DNA of 64,000 nt, from the NCBI RefSeq assembly GCF_018350175.1, contig NC_058383.1, forward strand, positions 17,796,001 through 17,860,000, written 5' to 3'. A program made the position numbers and the translations under genes. Positions 1 through 14,948 of this stretch are shown here, piece after piece. How positions within the stretch are numbered: the first letter of the stretch is position 1; every line of letters starts with the position of its first letter. This stretch comes from Felis catus. Its lineage: Eukaryota. A model generated the notes under the pieces. It ran no database searches, had not been told where the DNA came from, and saw nothing but the letters and a program-made list of their open reading frames with translations.

Positions 1-48
1 AAAAAAAGTTTATTTATTGTGAGAGTGGGGGGGGGCGGGAGGAGGAGG

Positions 49-100
<52 letters not shown>

Positions 101-229
101 AGTCCCACGCAGACTCCAAGCCCTCAGCACAGAGCCCCACTTGGGGCTCAACCCCACGAACCATGAGATCATGACCTGAGCTGAGATCAAGAGTTGGATG
201 CTTAACTGCCTGAGCCGCCCAGGTGCCCC
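1..229 (-). mobile_element. Can-SINE (tRNA-derived SINEC) with (GA)n tract
   Basis: Reverse-complement SINEC head (tgagccgcccaggtgcccc), body and (ga)n tract; A-tail end lies at the window edge. Confidence 0.9.
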
Positions 230-353
230 TATTGTAAATATTTTTCTAGTGAAATGTTAGTTTTCATTATTCAGTGCCACACGTTGTGCTTTGACTCATA
301 TTGTTTCCTCCAAGTTCATCTGGGAAGGGTGGCAGTTTGCTGGGGAACCACAC

Positions 354-456
354 AAAACATGGAATACTCCACAAATTTGCTTGTCTTCCTTGAGCAGGGG
401 TCACGCTAATCTCTGTATCATTCCAATTTTAGTATGTGTACTGCTGAAGTGAGCCC
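354..456 (-). pseudogene. U6 snRNA retrocopy (near full length, diverged)
   Basis: Reverse complement reads ...GCTCACTTCAGCAGTACACATACTAAAATTGGAATGATACAGAGATTAGCGTGACCCCTGCTCAAGGAAGACAAGCAAATTTGTGGAGTATTCCATGTTTT, matching U6 with many CpG-type substitutions and a small deletion. Confidence 0.92.
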
Positions 457-897
457 TGTATGCCTATTTTTAATCTAAAATGAAAAATACTTTTGGGGTG
501 CCTGGCTGGCTCAGTTGGAAGAGCATGCGACTCTTGATCTCTGGGTCATGAGTTTGAGCCTCATGCTGGGTGTAGAGACTACTAAAAATAAATAAACAAA
601 TAAAACTTAAAAAAATGAAAAATACTTTGAATTTTGGCCCTTGATTCCAACTGTTATAATTTCCCGGATTTTAATATTATAAACAAAACATTTGTTAGTT
701 GTGGTGTAGTTGATTTGGGGGTACTGTAACTCAACATATAATTTCCCACCTCAGTGTCCAGGTTGTACCTTGCTTACTCTATCATGTTTTATACTTCACA
801 ATATTCTTTTGGTCCTTAAAAGAAAAAAAAAAAATCATGTAGGAAAATGATGTGGAAAAAAAGAAACATGATGTGAGTAGCAAAATTTATATTTTTC

Positions 898-1140
898 TTT
901 TTTTAAATGTTTATTTTTGAGAGAGAGAGCATGAGCAAGGCGGGTACAGAGAGAGAAGGAGACAGAGCACGTGAGTGAGTGAGCAGGGGAGGGGCAGAGA
1001 GGGAGACACAGAATCCAAAGCGGGCTCCAGGCTCTGAGCCGTCAGCACAGAGCCTGACATGGGGCTTGAACCCATGAACCGTGAGATCATAATCTGAGCC
1101 AAAGTCAGCTGCTTAACCGACTGAGCCACCCAGGTGCCCC
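898..1140 (-). mobile_element. Can-SINE (SINEC_Fc-like)
   Basis: T-rich tail, (ga)n, gctctgagccgtcagcacagagcc body, gccacccaggtgcccc head. Confidence 0.9.
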
Positions 1141-1949
1141 CATTTTTCTTTTTTCTTTTCTAGCCAATACTGGGCCCCTCTGTTCTGTTGCTTTTTCTTC
1201 CTCCACCTCCTTTCACTTATTCCACACTGCATAGCAAAAGATTAATGGGTGATAGTGATACAGTGCTTGTAAGGAAGGAACTTGCCATATTTCTTACAAC
1301 AGACATTGTTGGACTATTTGCCAAAGCACACTTGACTCGGTGGGGAGCTTTTGTACTTTTTCTTGCAGGAAACACAGCCATCTTTGGAACTATAGTTTTC
1401 TTGGCCTTTGGGAGCAATGATGACTTCAGTTGGCAGCAGTGGAGCAAAGGAATCACTGATCTATCAGAAACTGGACACTGTCATTTGGTGGCAAACAGGA
1501 GACAGGAATAATGCTAAACAAAATAGCAAACCTCTTGGGGTTGATATAGGTACTCACCTTTCACTTTTCTTGTACACAGTATTTTCACAGGACTTGCTAA
1601 CGCATTTAAAAGGTTTTTATCTTTTGGAGGAAAAAAATAACCCAAATCTCCATACTATAGGCACAATAGAAGGACCTTACAACATTTTCACGTTAAGTCA
1701 TTATGCTCCCATTTAGGTCACAGCACAGGCCACTCCCCAGCCACCGAGGGAGGAACTGATTAAATGGGAGAAATTTATTAAATAAGAGAAAATAAAATTT
1801 CCTTCTAGAAACCTTTACATTTATGATCAATTGATTTTCTTTCTTTCTTTTTGAAGTTGGCTCTACACCCAACAAGGGGCTTGAATTCATGACCCGGAGA
1901 TCAAGAGTTGCATGTTCTACTGACTGTGTCAGCCAGGTGCCCCTATAAG

Positions 1950-3510
1950 CAACTGATATTCAACAAAAATGCCAAGACAATCCAAAAAGTGAAATAGTCT
2001 TTTCAACAAAGGGTGGTGAAACAACTGGATATCCACATACAAAAGAATGAAGCTGGATCCCTATCTTCAACCACAAACAAAACTTAACTCAAAGGAGCGC
2101 CTGGTTGGCTCAGCTGGTACAGCATGTGGCTATTGAATCTCAGGGTCATGGGTTCAAGCCCCACACTGGGGATAGACATTACTTACTTACTTAATTTATT
2201 TTTGATAGACAGAGAGAGACAGAGCATAAGTGGCAGAGGGGCAGAGAGAGAAGGAGACACAGCATCCAAAGCAGGCTCCAGGCTCTGAGCTGCCAGCACA
2301 GAGCCCGATGTGGGGCTCGAACTCACAAACCGCAAGATCATAACCTGAGCTGAAGTCTGACGCTTAACTGACTGAGCCACTCAGGCGCCCAGAGATTACT
2401 TTAAAAAAAAAAATCTAAAAAAAAATTAACTCAATATGGACCGTAGACCTAATTGCAAAAACTAAAACTCTTAGAAGGTGGTGCCTGGGTGGCTCAGTCA
2501 GTTGAGTGTCTGATTCTTGGTTTTGGCTTAGGTCATGGACCATGGAATGGAGCCCCGTATCAGGCTCTGCGCTGACAACAAGGTGCCTGCTTAGGCTTCT
2601 CTCCCTATAAGTGAATGAATGAATGAATGAATGAATGAGGAAATAAACACTCTTAGAAAAAAACATTGGTGTCAATCTGCAATCTTGGGCCAGGTGGTTT
2701 GGTGTTAATCTGGATCTTGGGCCCTTTTCAAGTTTATTTATTTATTTAGAGAGAGAGGGAGCATGAGGGGGGTAGGGACAGAGGGAGAGGGAAAGAGAGA
2801 ATCCTAAGCAAGCTCTGTACTATCAGCACAGAGCCTGATGCGGGGCTTGAACTCACAAACTGCGAGATCATGACCCAAGCTGAAACCAAGAGTTGGATGC
2901 TTAACTGACTGAGCCACCCAGGTGCCTCTGGTCTGGCAATGGTTTTAGATATGACACAAAAAGGACAAATGACAAAAGATATGCACTAATTAAATCAAGA
3001 TTAAAACTTGTGTTTCAAAAGATACCTTGGAGAGAATTAAAAGACAATCTACTGAATGGGAGAAAATATTCCCAAATGAAAGGGATTTGAATCCATAAAC
3101 TCTTACACTGACGCTAGACAAAGACATTATAAAAAAAGAAAATTCTATGGGGCGCCCGGGGGGCTCAGTCGGTTGCACATCTGACTTCTGCTCAGGTCAT
3201 GGTCTCACAGTTCATGAGTTCCAGTCTCATGCTGGGCTCATTAGCAATGAACAATCCAGAAAGGTAATTAGGAAAACAATTCCATTTATAGTAGCATGAA
3301 GAAGAATAAAATACTTAGGAGTAAATTCAAGTAAGGAGGCAAAAGACTTGTACATTGAAAACTACGAAATACTGCTGAAAGAAATTAAAGACCTAAATAA
3401 ATAGAAAGATATCCGTGCTCATGGATTGGAAGACCTAATATTGTTAAGATGCCAGCAATACCCAAAGAAATCTACAGATTCAGTGTAATCAAATCAAAAT
3501 CCCAAAGGTG
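1950..3510 (+). mobile_element. Old L1 ORF2-region fragments interrupted by several Can-SINEs
   Basis: L1-typical text such as atagtcttttcaacaaa...aactggatatccacat, and aaaatacttaggagtaaat...ctcatggattggaagacctaatattgttaagatg. Confidence 0.75.
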
Positions 3511-3575
3511 ATGACGTTTTGAGAGAGGTGGTGGTTGCAAAACATTGTGAATGCTCTAAATGCCACTTAATTGTA

Positions 3576-3791
3576 CTTTTTTTTTTCAACGTTTTATTTT
3601 ATTTTTGGGACAGAGAGAGACAGAGCATGAACGGGGGAGGGGCAGAGAGAGAGGGAGACACAGAATCGGAAACAGGCTCCAGGTTCCGAGCCATCAGCCC
3701 AGAGCCTGAGGCAGGGCTCGAACTCCCGGGCCACGAGATCGTGACCTGGCTGAAGTCGGACGCTCAACCGACTGTGCCACCCAGGCGCCCC
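3576..3791 (-). mobile_element. Young SINEC_Fc copy
   Basis: Near-identical to copies at about 6287-6510 and 14280-14491; flanked by imperfect duplication cttaa(t/c)tgtacttt. Confidence 0.9.
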
Positions 3792-4720
3792 TTAACTGTA
3801 CTTTAAAAATGGTTAATCACAGGTGCCTGCCTCTGGTTCAGATCACGATCTCACGGCTCGTAGGTTCAAGCCCCGCAACGAGCTCTGTGCTGACAGCTCA
3901 GAGCCGGGAGCCTGCTTCGGATTCTGTGTCTCCCTCTCTCTGCTCCACCCCGCCCCTCCCCCTGCCAAAAAAAAAAAAAAAAAAAAAAGCATTAAAAAAA
4001 ATTTTTTTAATGGCTAATCATGCTTTGTCTAGGCAATATGCAGTTTGCTTCTCTTTTCTTTTTCTCCCAACATTTTATTTTGAAAGTTTTCAAACACACA
4101 GTAAAGTTGAAGGAATTTTACAGTGATCACCCATATATTTACCACCTCACCTCATTCTAGCATTAACATTTTACCGTACTTGTACTTGCCTTATCATGTA
4201 ACTATCCATCTGTCTACCAGCCCATTTCCTTTTTTGATGCACTTCAAAGAAATTGTCAATGTCAGTACACATGACCCCTGAACATTTCAGCATGCACACT
4301 ATTAGCTAGAGTGCAATATTTGCTTTACATATTTTTTGAGTTAAACTTACATAGAATAAAATGAAAATAAATTTTAAGTATTTGCTAAGCATACACCCAA
4401 ACCTCCATCAAGAGATAGAACATCACTATCACCCTACAAAGTTCCCTCATGGCCTTTCCTAGTCAAACCCATCCCCCTCCCACCAGAGACTACTGCTCTA
4501 ATTATGTCGCCACTACAGATTCAATTACGCTGTCATAAAACATCACATAAATGGAATCCTACAGTGTGTGTTCTTTTGTCTAAGGCTTCTTTCATGCAGC
4601 AGAATGTCTTTATTGCTTCTCTTTTAGATCTTCAATTCTTGAATTCAGAGCTAGGAGAGTGCTCACATCCGCAACACAGTACTTGACAAAGCTCAGAAAT
4701 TGCTATTCAGTAGTGTTACC

Positions 4721-5555
4721 TGTATTAGTTCCCCACTGCTACTGTAAGAAATTACCAAACTAAGAGGTTTAAAATAACACAAATTTATTATCTCACAATT
4801 CTGCAGGTCAGAAGTCTGAAAATAGGTCTTCCAGGACTAAAGTCAAGGTGTCAGCAAGGTCGCATTCTCCAAACTCTAGAGAATCCATTCCTTGCCCTTT
4901 CCAGCCTCTCGAGGCTGCCCCGAGTCCTCGATTTGTGTTCCCTTTCCAGCAATGCGTCACTCCCGCCTCTGTTTTTGTTGACACATCTTCTTTGACACTG
5001 ATCTTCCTGCCGCCTCCCTCCCTTTTTGTTTACATAACTCATTTATTACAGGCTAGCAATGTTTCAAATGAAGAAAGACTCCTCCAGTCCTCAGAATTCA
5101 CTGTGACGACGGAAGTGGTCTTGTAGGTCCAGACGCCACCGGCTACTCTTTTCATGCAGGCACTACGATGCCAGATCCCCACAGTTCACGTCTTCATCCT
5201 TGTTTTGCCACAGAAGGAGCAAACATACTTGGAGTGCTGGCTTATTTCAATTTTCTTCACCATTTTCCTGAGGGAGGCAAATGGCTCCTGTATTTACCGA
5301 CAATTCTGACCTTCTTGGGGCATTTTAGCCATGTCACTGCAAACTAGGTCTGAGCCCAGAGAGGACCCTCTTGCCTCCCTTTTATAAGGATCGTTGCGAT
5401 TACATTAGACCCCCTGGGATAATCCATGATAGTCTTCCCATCTCAAAATCCTTGGGTTAATCACACCTGCAAAGTTCTGTTTGCCGATGTAACATATTCA
5501 CAGGTTTCAGGGGTTAGAACATGGACATTCTGGGGCCCACTATTCTGTCTGCCAT
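4721..5555 (-). mobile_element. MaLR (MLT1-type) solo LTR, interrupted by RPL37A retrocopy
   Basis: tgtattagtt...aaattaccaaact...cacaaatttattatctcacaattctgcaggtcagaagtc and gattacattagacccc...catattcacaggtttcaggggttagaacatggacat are characteristic MLT1 text. Confidence 0.75.
5023..5364 (-). pseudogene. RPL37A: RPL37A processed pseudogene
   Basis: Minus strand: pyrimidine-rich 5' UTR, ATG at 5332, fragments KKVRIVGKY / [35 protein letters not shown] / [16 protein letters not shown]; no introns, indels and a stop, AATAAA and short A-tail; gcctccct duplicated at 5012-5019 and 5373-5380. Confidence 0.92.
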
Positions 5556-5795
5556 GTCACCCGAATAAATAAAAGACCTTAAAACCATGCTTCTCAAACC
5601 GGGTAGCCTGAAGATAGAAAAGAAATATGGTACATATTCTGGATATGCTTCTTATGGATTTGGGAGACAATTTTACTAACTTAAATTAATAAATGGCTTA
5701 AAACACTAGACTTCCCCTCTGAGTCAGAAATTCTGCTTCTATGATTTATTCTACAGACACGCTCATATATGTGCCTAAAGAAGTATATCTAAGGC

Positions 5796-7950
5796 GGGGG
5801 GCAGTGCATGTGTGGCTCAGTTGGTTGAGTATCTGACTCTTAATTTCAGCTCAGGTCATGATGTCAGGGTTCCTGAGTTCCAACTCTGAGTCAGACTCTG
5901 CACTGACAGAGTCTGCAGAGCCTGCATGGGGTTCTCTCTCTCTGCCCGCATCCCAACCCCAACCCCCCTCTCTCTCAAAATAAATAAATAAACTTAAAAA
6001 AAAATCATATCTAAGGATGTGATTACATTATTTTATGGCAGTAAGACTGGAAAAAAACTAACTGACCATTAACAGAAAATGAACTAGATAGGGGCACCTG
6101 GGGGGCTCAGTCGGTTGAGCATCTGACTTCAGCTCAGGTCATGACCTCATGGTCAGCTGTGCTGATAGCTTGCTCAGAACCCTGGAGCCTGCAGGGGATT
6201 CTGTGTCTCCTCTCTCTGCCCCTCCCCCATTCACGCTCTGTCTCTGTCACTCAAAAATAAATAAATGTTAAAAAAAAATTTGTAAGGGGCGCCTGGGTGG
6301 CGCAGTCGGTTAAGCGTCCGACTTCAGCCAGGTCACGATCTCGCGGTCCGTGAGTTCGAGCCCCACGTCGGGCTCTGGGCTGATGGCTCAGAGCCTGGAG
6401 CCTGTTTCCGATTCTGTGTCTCCCTCTCTCTCTGCCCCTCCCCCGTTCATGCTCTGTCTCTCTCTGTCCCAAAAATGAATAAACGTTGAAAAAAAAAATT
6501 AAAAAAAAATTTGTAATAAATTTTTAATAATTTTTTTAATTACAAAAAAGAAAATGAACTAGACAAACTGTTCCATCCATAGTGGAACACTATGTACGCA
6601 GCCATTAAAAAAAGCAGATCTATATGTACTGAAATTGAACAATCTGCAAGATGTATCAAGTGAGAAAAGAAAGCAAAGTGAACAGTGTGTTTATTATACT
6701 ACTTATGAAAGGAAGAAAATGTATCCTTTCATGTACCTAAATTATCTCAGGAAGGACACAAGAAACTGGCAATAGAGGTTGTCTCTAGGAAGGGGAAGGG
6801 AAAGGGGAGGGGAGTAGAGGAAGGAGACTTTTTTTTTTTAATTGAAGCATAACACACATATGTTAAGTGTACGTACAGGTCAATTTTCACAGTCTGAACA
6901 CATCTGCGTAACCAGTGCCTAGATCAAGAAACAGAATATTGGGGTGCCTGGATGGCTCAGTGGGTTGAATGTCCAACTCTTGATTGTGACTCAGGTCATG
7001 ATCCCAGGGTTGTGGAATTGAGCCCCATGTCAGGCTCTGTGCTGGGCATGGAGCCTGCTTGGGATTCTCTCTCACTCCCTCTGCCCCCCCCCCCCCCAAC
7101 CACAGGCATTCTCTAAAAAAAAAAAAGAAAAAAAAAGAAAGAAAGAAACAGAATATTACCAGCACTGGGGCATCTGGATGGCTCAGTTGGTTAAGCGTCT
7201 GGCTTCAGCTCAGGTCATGATCTCACGGTTCCTGAGTTCGAGCCCCGAATCAGGCTCTGTACTGACAGCTCAGAGCCTGGAGCTGCCCTCAGATTCTGTG
7301 TCACCCTCTCTCCCTGCCCCTCCCCTGTTCATGTTCTGTCTCACTCTCTCAAAAATAAATAATAAAAACATTAAAAAAAATTAAAAACAGAATATTACCA
7401 GCACTTTATTTATTTTTAAATGTTTATTAACTTTTGACAGACAGAGCGTAAGTGGGGGGGGGGGGGGCAGAGGAAGAGGGAGACACAGAAACTGAAGCAG
7501 GCTCCAGGCTCCACACTGTCAGCACAGAGCCGGACGAGGGGTGCCAATTCACAAGCTGTGAGATCATGACCTGAGCTGTAGTTGGATGTTTAACCAACTG
7601 AGCCACCCAGGTGCCCTGCTTTATTTATTTACTTTAATGTTTATTTATTTTTGAGAGTGAGAGAGAAGGCACACGAGCAGGGGAGGGGCAGAGAGAGAGG
7701 GAGACAGAAGATCCCACGCAGGTTCTACACTGTCAGCACAGAGGCTTGAACTCATGTTCAAGCACATGGGGCTTGAACTCATGAACCATGAGATCATGAC
7801 TGAGCCAAAATCAAGAATGGACACTTAACTGACTGAGCCACCCAGGCACCCCTATTTATTTATTTTAAGGTAATCTCTACACCCAACGTGGGGCTCAAAT
7901 TTATGACCCTGAGAGCAAGGCTCTACTGACTGAGCCAGTCAGCCACCCCA
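5796..7950. mobile_element. Dense stack of Can-SINEs in both orientations within old L1 fragments
   Basis: Multiple gggg(c/t)gcctgggtggctcag heads, (ct)n tracts and A-tails, including a young copy at about 6287-6510. Confidence 0.85.
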
Positions 7951-7959
7951 TTATCAGCA

Positions 7960-8400
7960 CTTTACAAACAAAAAGCTTGGAATAGTTTTGCCTGTTTTTA
8001 TACTTTATGTAAATTGAATCACATATTACATATTATTTTTGTGTCTGGCTTCTTTTGCTCAACAGTATGTCTGTAAGATTCATCCATATTATGCATGTAG
8101 TTCTAGATTATTCATTCTCATTTCTAAATAATATTCCATGAATAGTATTCCAATGATTTATTTATTCATTCTTCTACTGTTGTGAATAGTTTCCGGTTGT
8201 TGGCTACTGCAACTAATGTTGCTGTGAACATTTGAGTACGTGTCGTTCAGTAAACCTATGTATGCACTTCTTCTGATTATGTGAGTAGGAGTGGAATTGC
8301 TGGGTCGTAGATAGGCATGCAAATATTTAGCTTTAGTAGATACGGATAGTTTTCCAAAGTTGTACCAATTTACACTCCACCTGTAGTATAAGAACGTTCA
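7960..8400 (-). mobile_element. Old L1 3' fragment
   Basis: ttttgtgtctggcttcttttgctcaac...gtaggagtggaattgctgggtc...ttgtaccaatttacactcc. Confidence 0.7.
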
Positions 8401-9099
8401 ACATGTTCAAAACTTACTTTTGACTATGCACTCTATTGAGTTTGACTATATTATGAAATAGAATGCATATTCACATGAATTGTATAGCTAGATTATGTCT
8501 TCAAAGTGGTTTCACTGTACGGATGGACAGCTTTTTGTTATATCCGTAGAACTTTCCTTCTCTGCTCCCATGAATACTACTTGGTTGGAAAAGTTTGAAA
8601 AACAGATTAAGAGGTGATTTGATTCATTTTCCAGTTTGATTACTCATTTATGAGCTGTAATTCGAACACAAAATTTCTGATCGAGACAGGGTACAGTAAG
8701 TGCTTAGCTAAGCACTTGGCTGAACCTGGGAGCCAGATGATTGTGAACCTGCTTTCTGTCCCTCAGCTGCTGCGTCTGTGAAAGGCAAGACATCTGTGAC
8801 CTCGGGGCATGGGCCGAATCAAATACCTGGTAGGAAACGTTTCCGCAGCTCACCCGGGCTAGCCCTGCCCAGGGTACCCAGAGCAGGTTGGGGCAGGCCA
8901 GCCCTCACTTCCATCATCTCGTTTTCAGCCTTTGGCTTTTACTCACCTTCAAGCCCGGGACATCTGCACCTGCTCGTAACAGGTCTCATGTAAGTAGAAG
9001 GCAGTAGCCTCAAACCGTCAAAAACACTCTTTTAGGTCCTGTCCCGGAAAAGCCAGGTCAAAAGAAAGCTTACTTAAGAAGAGAGAAAGAAAGAGAAAG

Positions 9100-9460
9100 A
9101 ACCTACTGCCTCTCACCTCGCGCCACCTTCCAGACAGGTCGCACCTTCTCCTCAGCCTTTCAAATAGGCCGCTCTGGAGAGACCAATCACAGCCTTCCTT
9201 CTTCCCCTAATCGCCGGCGCCGTCCAATCAACGTACGTCATCTACGATTTGCTGCCCTGCAGGTCCAACCTCCCTCCTGGTTTTCCCCTTGGTGAGGAAG
9301 GGCAGACCGGAAAAGCAAGGGAGGTTGAGGCCGAAGAGGCGCCATGTTGGTTAAGGGCACGGCCGTGGCCGTTCAGGACTTTTTCAGAAGAAAGCTAGCA
9401 AACCTCTAGCGTTTTCACATATTCCAGAAGCCTCTCTTGGCGTAGCACTGAAGGGTTTTT
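9100..9460 (+). promoter_or_regulatory. CpG-containing promoter of ZNF785 pseudogene
   Basis: CCAAT at 9183 and 9224, YY1-like CGCCATGTT at 9340, local CpG enrichment directly before the KRAB-A exon. Confidence 0.6.
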
Positions 9461-9462
9461 CC

Positions 9463-11802
<2,340 letters not shown>

Positions 11803-12518
11803 TGGAGCTCACAAGAGATGATTAGAGTTTTCTTTGGAAGGGAAAAGGCCAACTTTATGCATTTGGGGGATAAGGAGTGGAAAGAAAGGAGGCATTTGAG
11901 GAAAACAAAGCTCTGAGTTGAGAGGGCAAGCTGATACCTTGGAAGGAGGCAGGAATCAAAAGCCACTTGAGGGCTGAACCCATTTTCTGAGGCTTCTGCT
12001 CCCAAGTCCCACGTGGAGTTTCTTCACTGCCAATCATTTCCCTAACTAGCTTTTCCCCCTGGGTTGTTCTCTCCCTTACAGCATTCTGCTTTCTGGACTG
12101 TAGCTCTCCTGTTCCTCAGAGATGAGGTCCCCTGGACGCAAGAGCCTATGGAAGGAGCCTGCACCCTCTCCGAGGACCCTCTGAGATAGAGGGCACACCT
12201 TGGGCCCATCGCCAGTGGGGGAAGCTCATCCAAGGATTCTTTTAGCCAGTGCAGGTGAGACACTTGGCAAGGAGACACATGCAGTGTCAAGCCACTGTTG
12301 GCACTCTTTGGTCATAAGGGCCTAAAGGTGACGACAGGGAGAACAGTGGCTTCAGCTGGGAAACTGCCCTGCCCTGTGCTCACCCTGTACATAGCGCACA
12401 AAAGTATCACGCTTAGCTGAAAGGTTTTTTTTTCCCTCTTTTATGAATTAGTGATTACGATGTTGTGTTTTTTTTTTTCTTCAGATATTCGCATGTTCTC
12501 TGGATTTTACACCTTCTG

Positions 12519-12524
12519 AATAAA
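12519..12524 (+). other. Candidate polyadenylation signal of ZNF785 pseudogene
   Basis: AATAAA followed by GT-rich sequence about 700 nt after the ancestral stop. Confidence 0.4.
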
Positions 12525-12877
12525 GATGTGTTCTTGGACCACAGCAGGCGGAAACAAAATGCTGGGACTTTTGTTTAAAAGAAAGAGTAAATTACCGGTG
12601 ATAAGGGTTGAAATCAAGGCCTAGTATCTCCAGTCTAATTTTTACTGTAACGTTTGTATGTGTCAACAGTTAAAAGGGGTCTTTGTGACCCACTTAGATC
12701 CGCTAGCCCTATTTTCGATTAGGAAACTCTTGAAGGAATAAGCAAGGAAGTGGATGGGACTAAGCATGTCTGCATGCCAGGCATGGTGCCAGGGGATTCA
12801 AATAGCTCTTTGAACAAAAGACTGCTCTCAAAACCCCTGGGTTCCAAAAATGATTATTTTCTAAAATGTTTATGTAT

Positions 12878-12926
<49 letters not shown>

Positions 12927-14055
12927 ATGTGCAGGGGAGGGGCGGGGGTGGGGTGGGGAGAGAATCCAAAGCAGGCTCCATGCTCAGCAGGGAGCCTGAC
13001 ACGGGCTCGACCCATGACTAACAATATCACAACCTGAGCCGACATCAAGAGTTGGATGCTTAACCGACGCTTAACCACCCAGGAGCCCCCCCCCCCCGCA
13101 AATGATTATAACGGGGTGTTATTTTACCTCACCACATAGCCTCTCCTGAATTGGTAGACCTGGATTCCAGGTTGGGCTCAGTCCCAACTAGCTATGGGGC
13201 CTTAAGCATGTCATTCAACCTTTCTAAGCCTCAGTTGTCTCACTTGTCAACCTCACAGGGTTGTTGGAGATAAAACGTGAAAGCACCTAGCATGTCTTCA
13301 TAGTCTGAAGTGACTGAGTGCCCTCATGTCACTGTATGACATTTTTTCAAACATTCAAAAGAGTTGTAAGAATTTTATGGTAAACACTCGTGCCCATCAT
13401 TTAGATCCCACAATTAATCCAGATTCTACAATTACGCTTTATCACATGTCGATCCATCTCTCTAGCCCCTGTCCGTTCATTTATGTGTCATATTTTATTT
13501 CACAGTACGTTGCAGACCTCATTACCCATCATTCCTCAGCTCTTCAACATAAGGCTGAGCTGTACGCAAGAAACTTCGGCGTTCTGTTATAACTAAAGCT
13601 ATCTCCTGCATGTTTTATGAATTCTCATAGTCCTATGTGATCGAGATTCTGGAACAACATGCTAGTGGGCAATCAAAACATTTTGAAAGCGAGAGCATCT
13701 TTGTATTTTTATGTGTGGCAGGAAAAACAACATGACCTCAGCCACTTATGATGGAGCACAGTTTTAGTCTTGAAGGTGTGTTTCAATCCGATTAGTTAAC
13801 ACCCAAGTTTATTGTTTAGCTCTATCTCCTTCTTAAGTTTTCTCTATCCCTCGTGCAAAAAGAAGTGGTTTATAACATTGTACGTGAGTACACAAAAGTA
13901 TTTTTTGGTCCAGGTGAAATCCTTTGTAGTTTCTCTTTAGGTAAAGTTGATTCTCTGCTTGGAAGGAAACTCCTATCTGGAGGCACATTTTTCCTTACTC
14001 TATTTCTACACTATTCATCACTGTGAGTGCAGTGAGGCCCCTCAAGGACTCAAGG

Positions 14056-14948
14056 TTTTTTTTTTTTTTTTTTAATGTTTATTTTTGAGGAAGAGAGAGA
14101 GAGACAGAGTGAGCAGGGGAGGGGCAGAGAGAGAGGGAGGCACAGAATCCGAAGCAGGATCCAGCACAGAGCCTGATACGGGGCTGGAACTCACGAGCCA
14201 TGAGATCACGACCTGAGCCGAAGTCGACGCTTAACCAACTGAGCCATCCAGGTGCCCCTCAAGTTTATTTAAAAAAAATTTTTTTTTTCAACGTTTATTT
14301 ATTTTTGGGACAGAGAGAGACAGAGCATGAACGGGGGAGGGGCAGAGAGAGAGGGAGACACAGAATCGGAAACAGGCTCCAGGCTCCGAGCCATCAGCCC
14401 AGAGCCCGACGCAGGGCTCGAACTCACGGACGGAGAGATCGTGACCTGGCTGAAGTCGGACACTTAACCGACTGCGCCACCCAGGCGCCCCTCAAGTTTA
14501 TTTTTTAAATTAAAAAAAAAAAAATTCTTGGGGCGCCTGGGTGGCTCAGTCGGTTACGCGTCTGACTCCGGCTCAGGTCGAGATCTCGCGGTCTGTGAGT
14601 TCGAGCCCCATGTCGGGCTCCGTGCCCATTGCTCGGAGCCTGTTTCGGATTCTGTGCCTACCGCTCTCTCTGACCCTCTCCCGTCTGCTGTCTGTGCCAA
14701 AAAAATAAATAAAGATTAAAAAAAAATTAAAAGAAATTCTTTTTAATGTTTATTTTTAAGAGAGAGAGAGAAACAGAGCATGAGTGGGGGAGGGGCAGAG
14801 AGCGAGAGGAAGACCTAGAATCTGAAGCAGGCTCCAGGCTCTGAGCTGTCAGCACAGAGCCGGACATGGGGCTCAAACTTGTGAACTGTGAGATTGTGAC
14901 CTGAGCCAACGTTGGACACTTAACTGACTGAGCCACCTAGGCGCCCCT
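14056..14948. mobile_element. Nested cluster of four Can-SINEs (three -, one +)
   Basis: Repeated flanking ctcaag(g/t)ttt between copies; head-to-head pair at about 14280-14491 and 14530-14725. Confidence 0.85.

Noticed and set aside
354..456. Functional U6 snRNA gene
   Set aside because: Many substitutions and a deletion next to the ACAGAGA box; upstream flank is SINE and AT-rich DNA with no clear PSE/TATA.
911..1129. Many short ORFs of the type MAQSVKRPTSAQVMIS... or ...RERGRHRIGNRLQA
   Set aside because: Translations of Can-SINE bodies, recurring wherever a SINE lies; not genes.
6287..6370. tRNA-like A and B boxes (tggcgcagtcgg ... gagttcgagccc)
   Set aside because: tRNA-derived SINE heads continuing into SINE body and A-tail; not tRNA genes.
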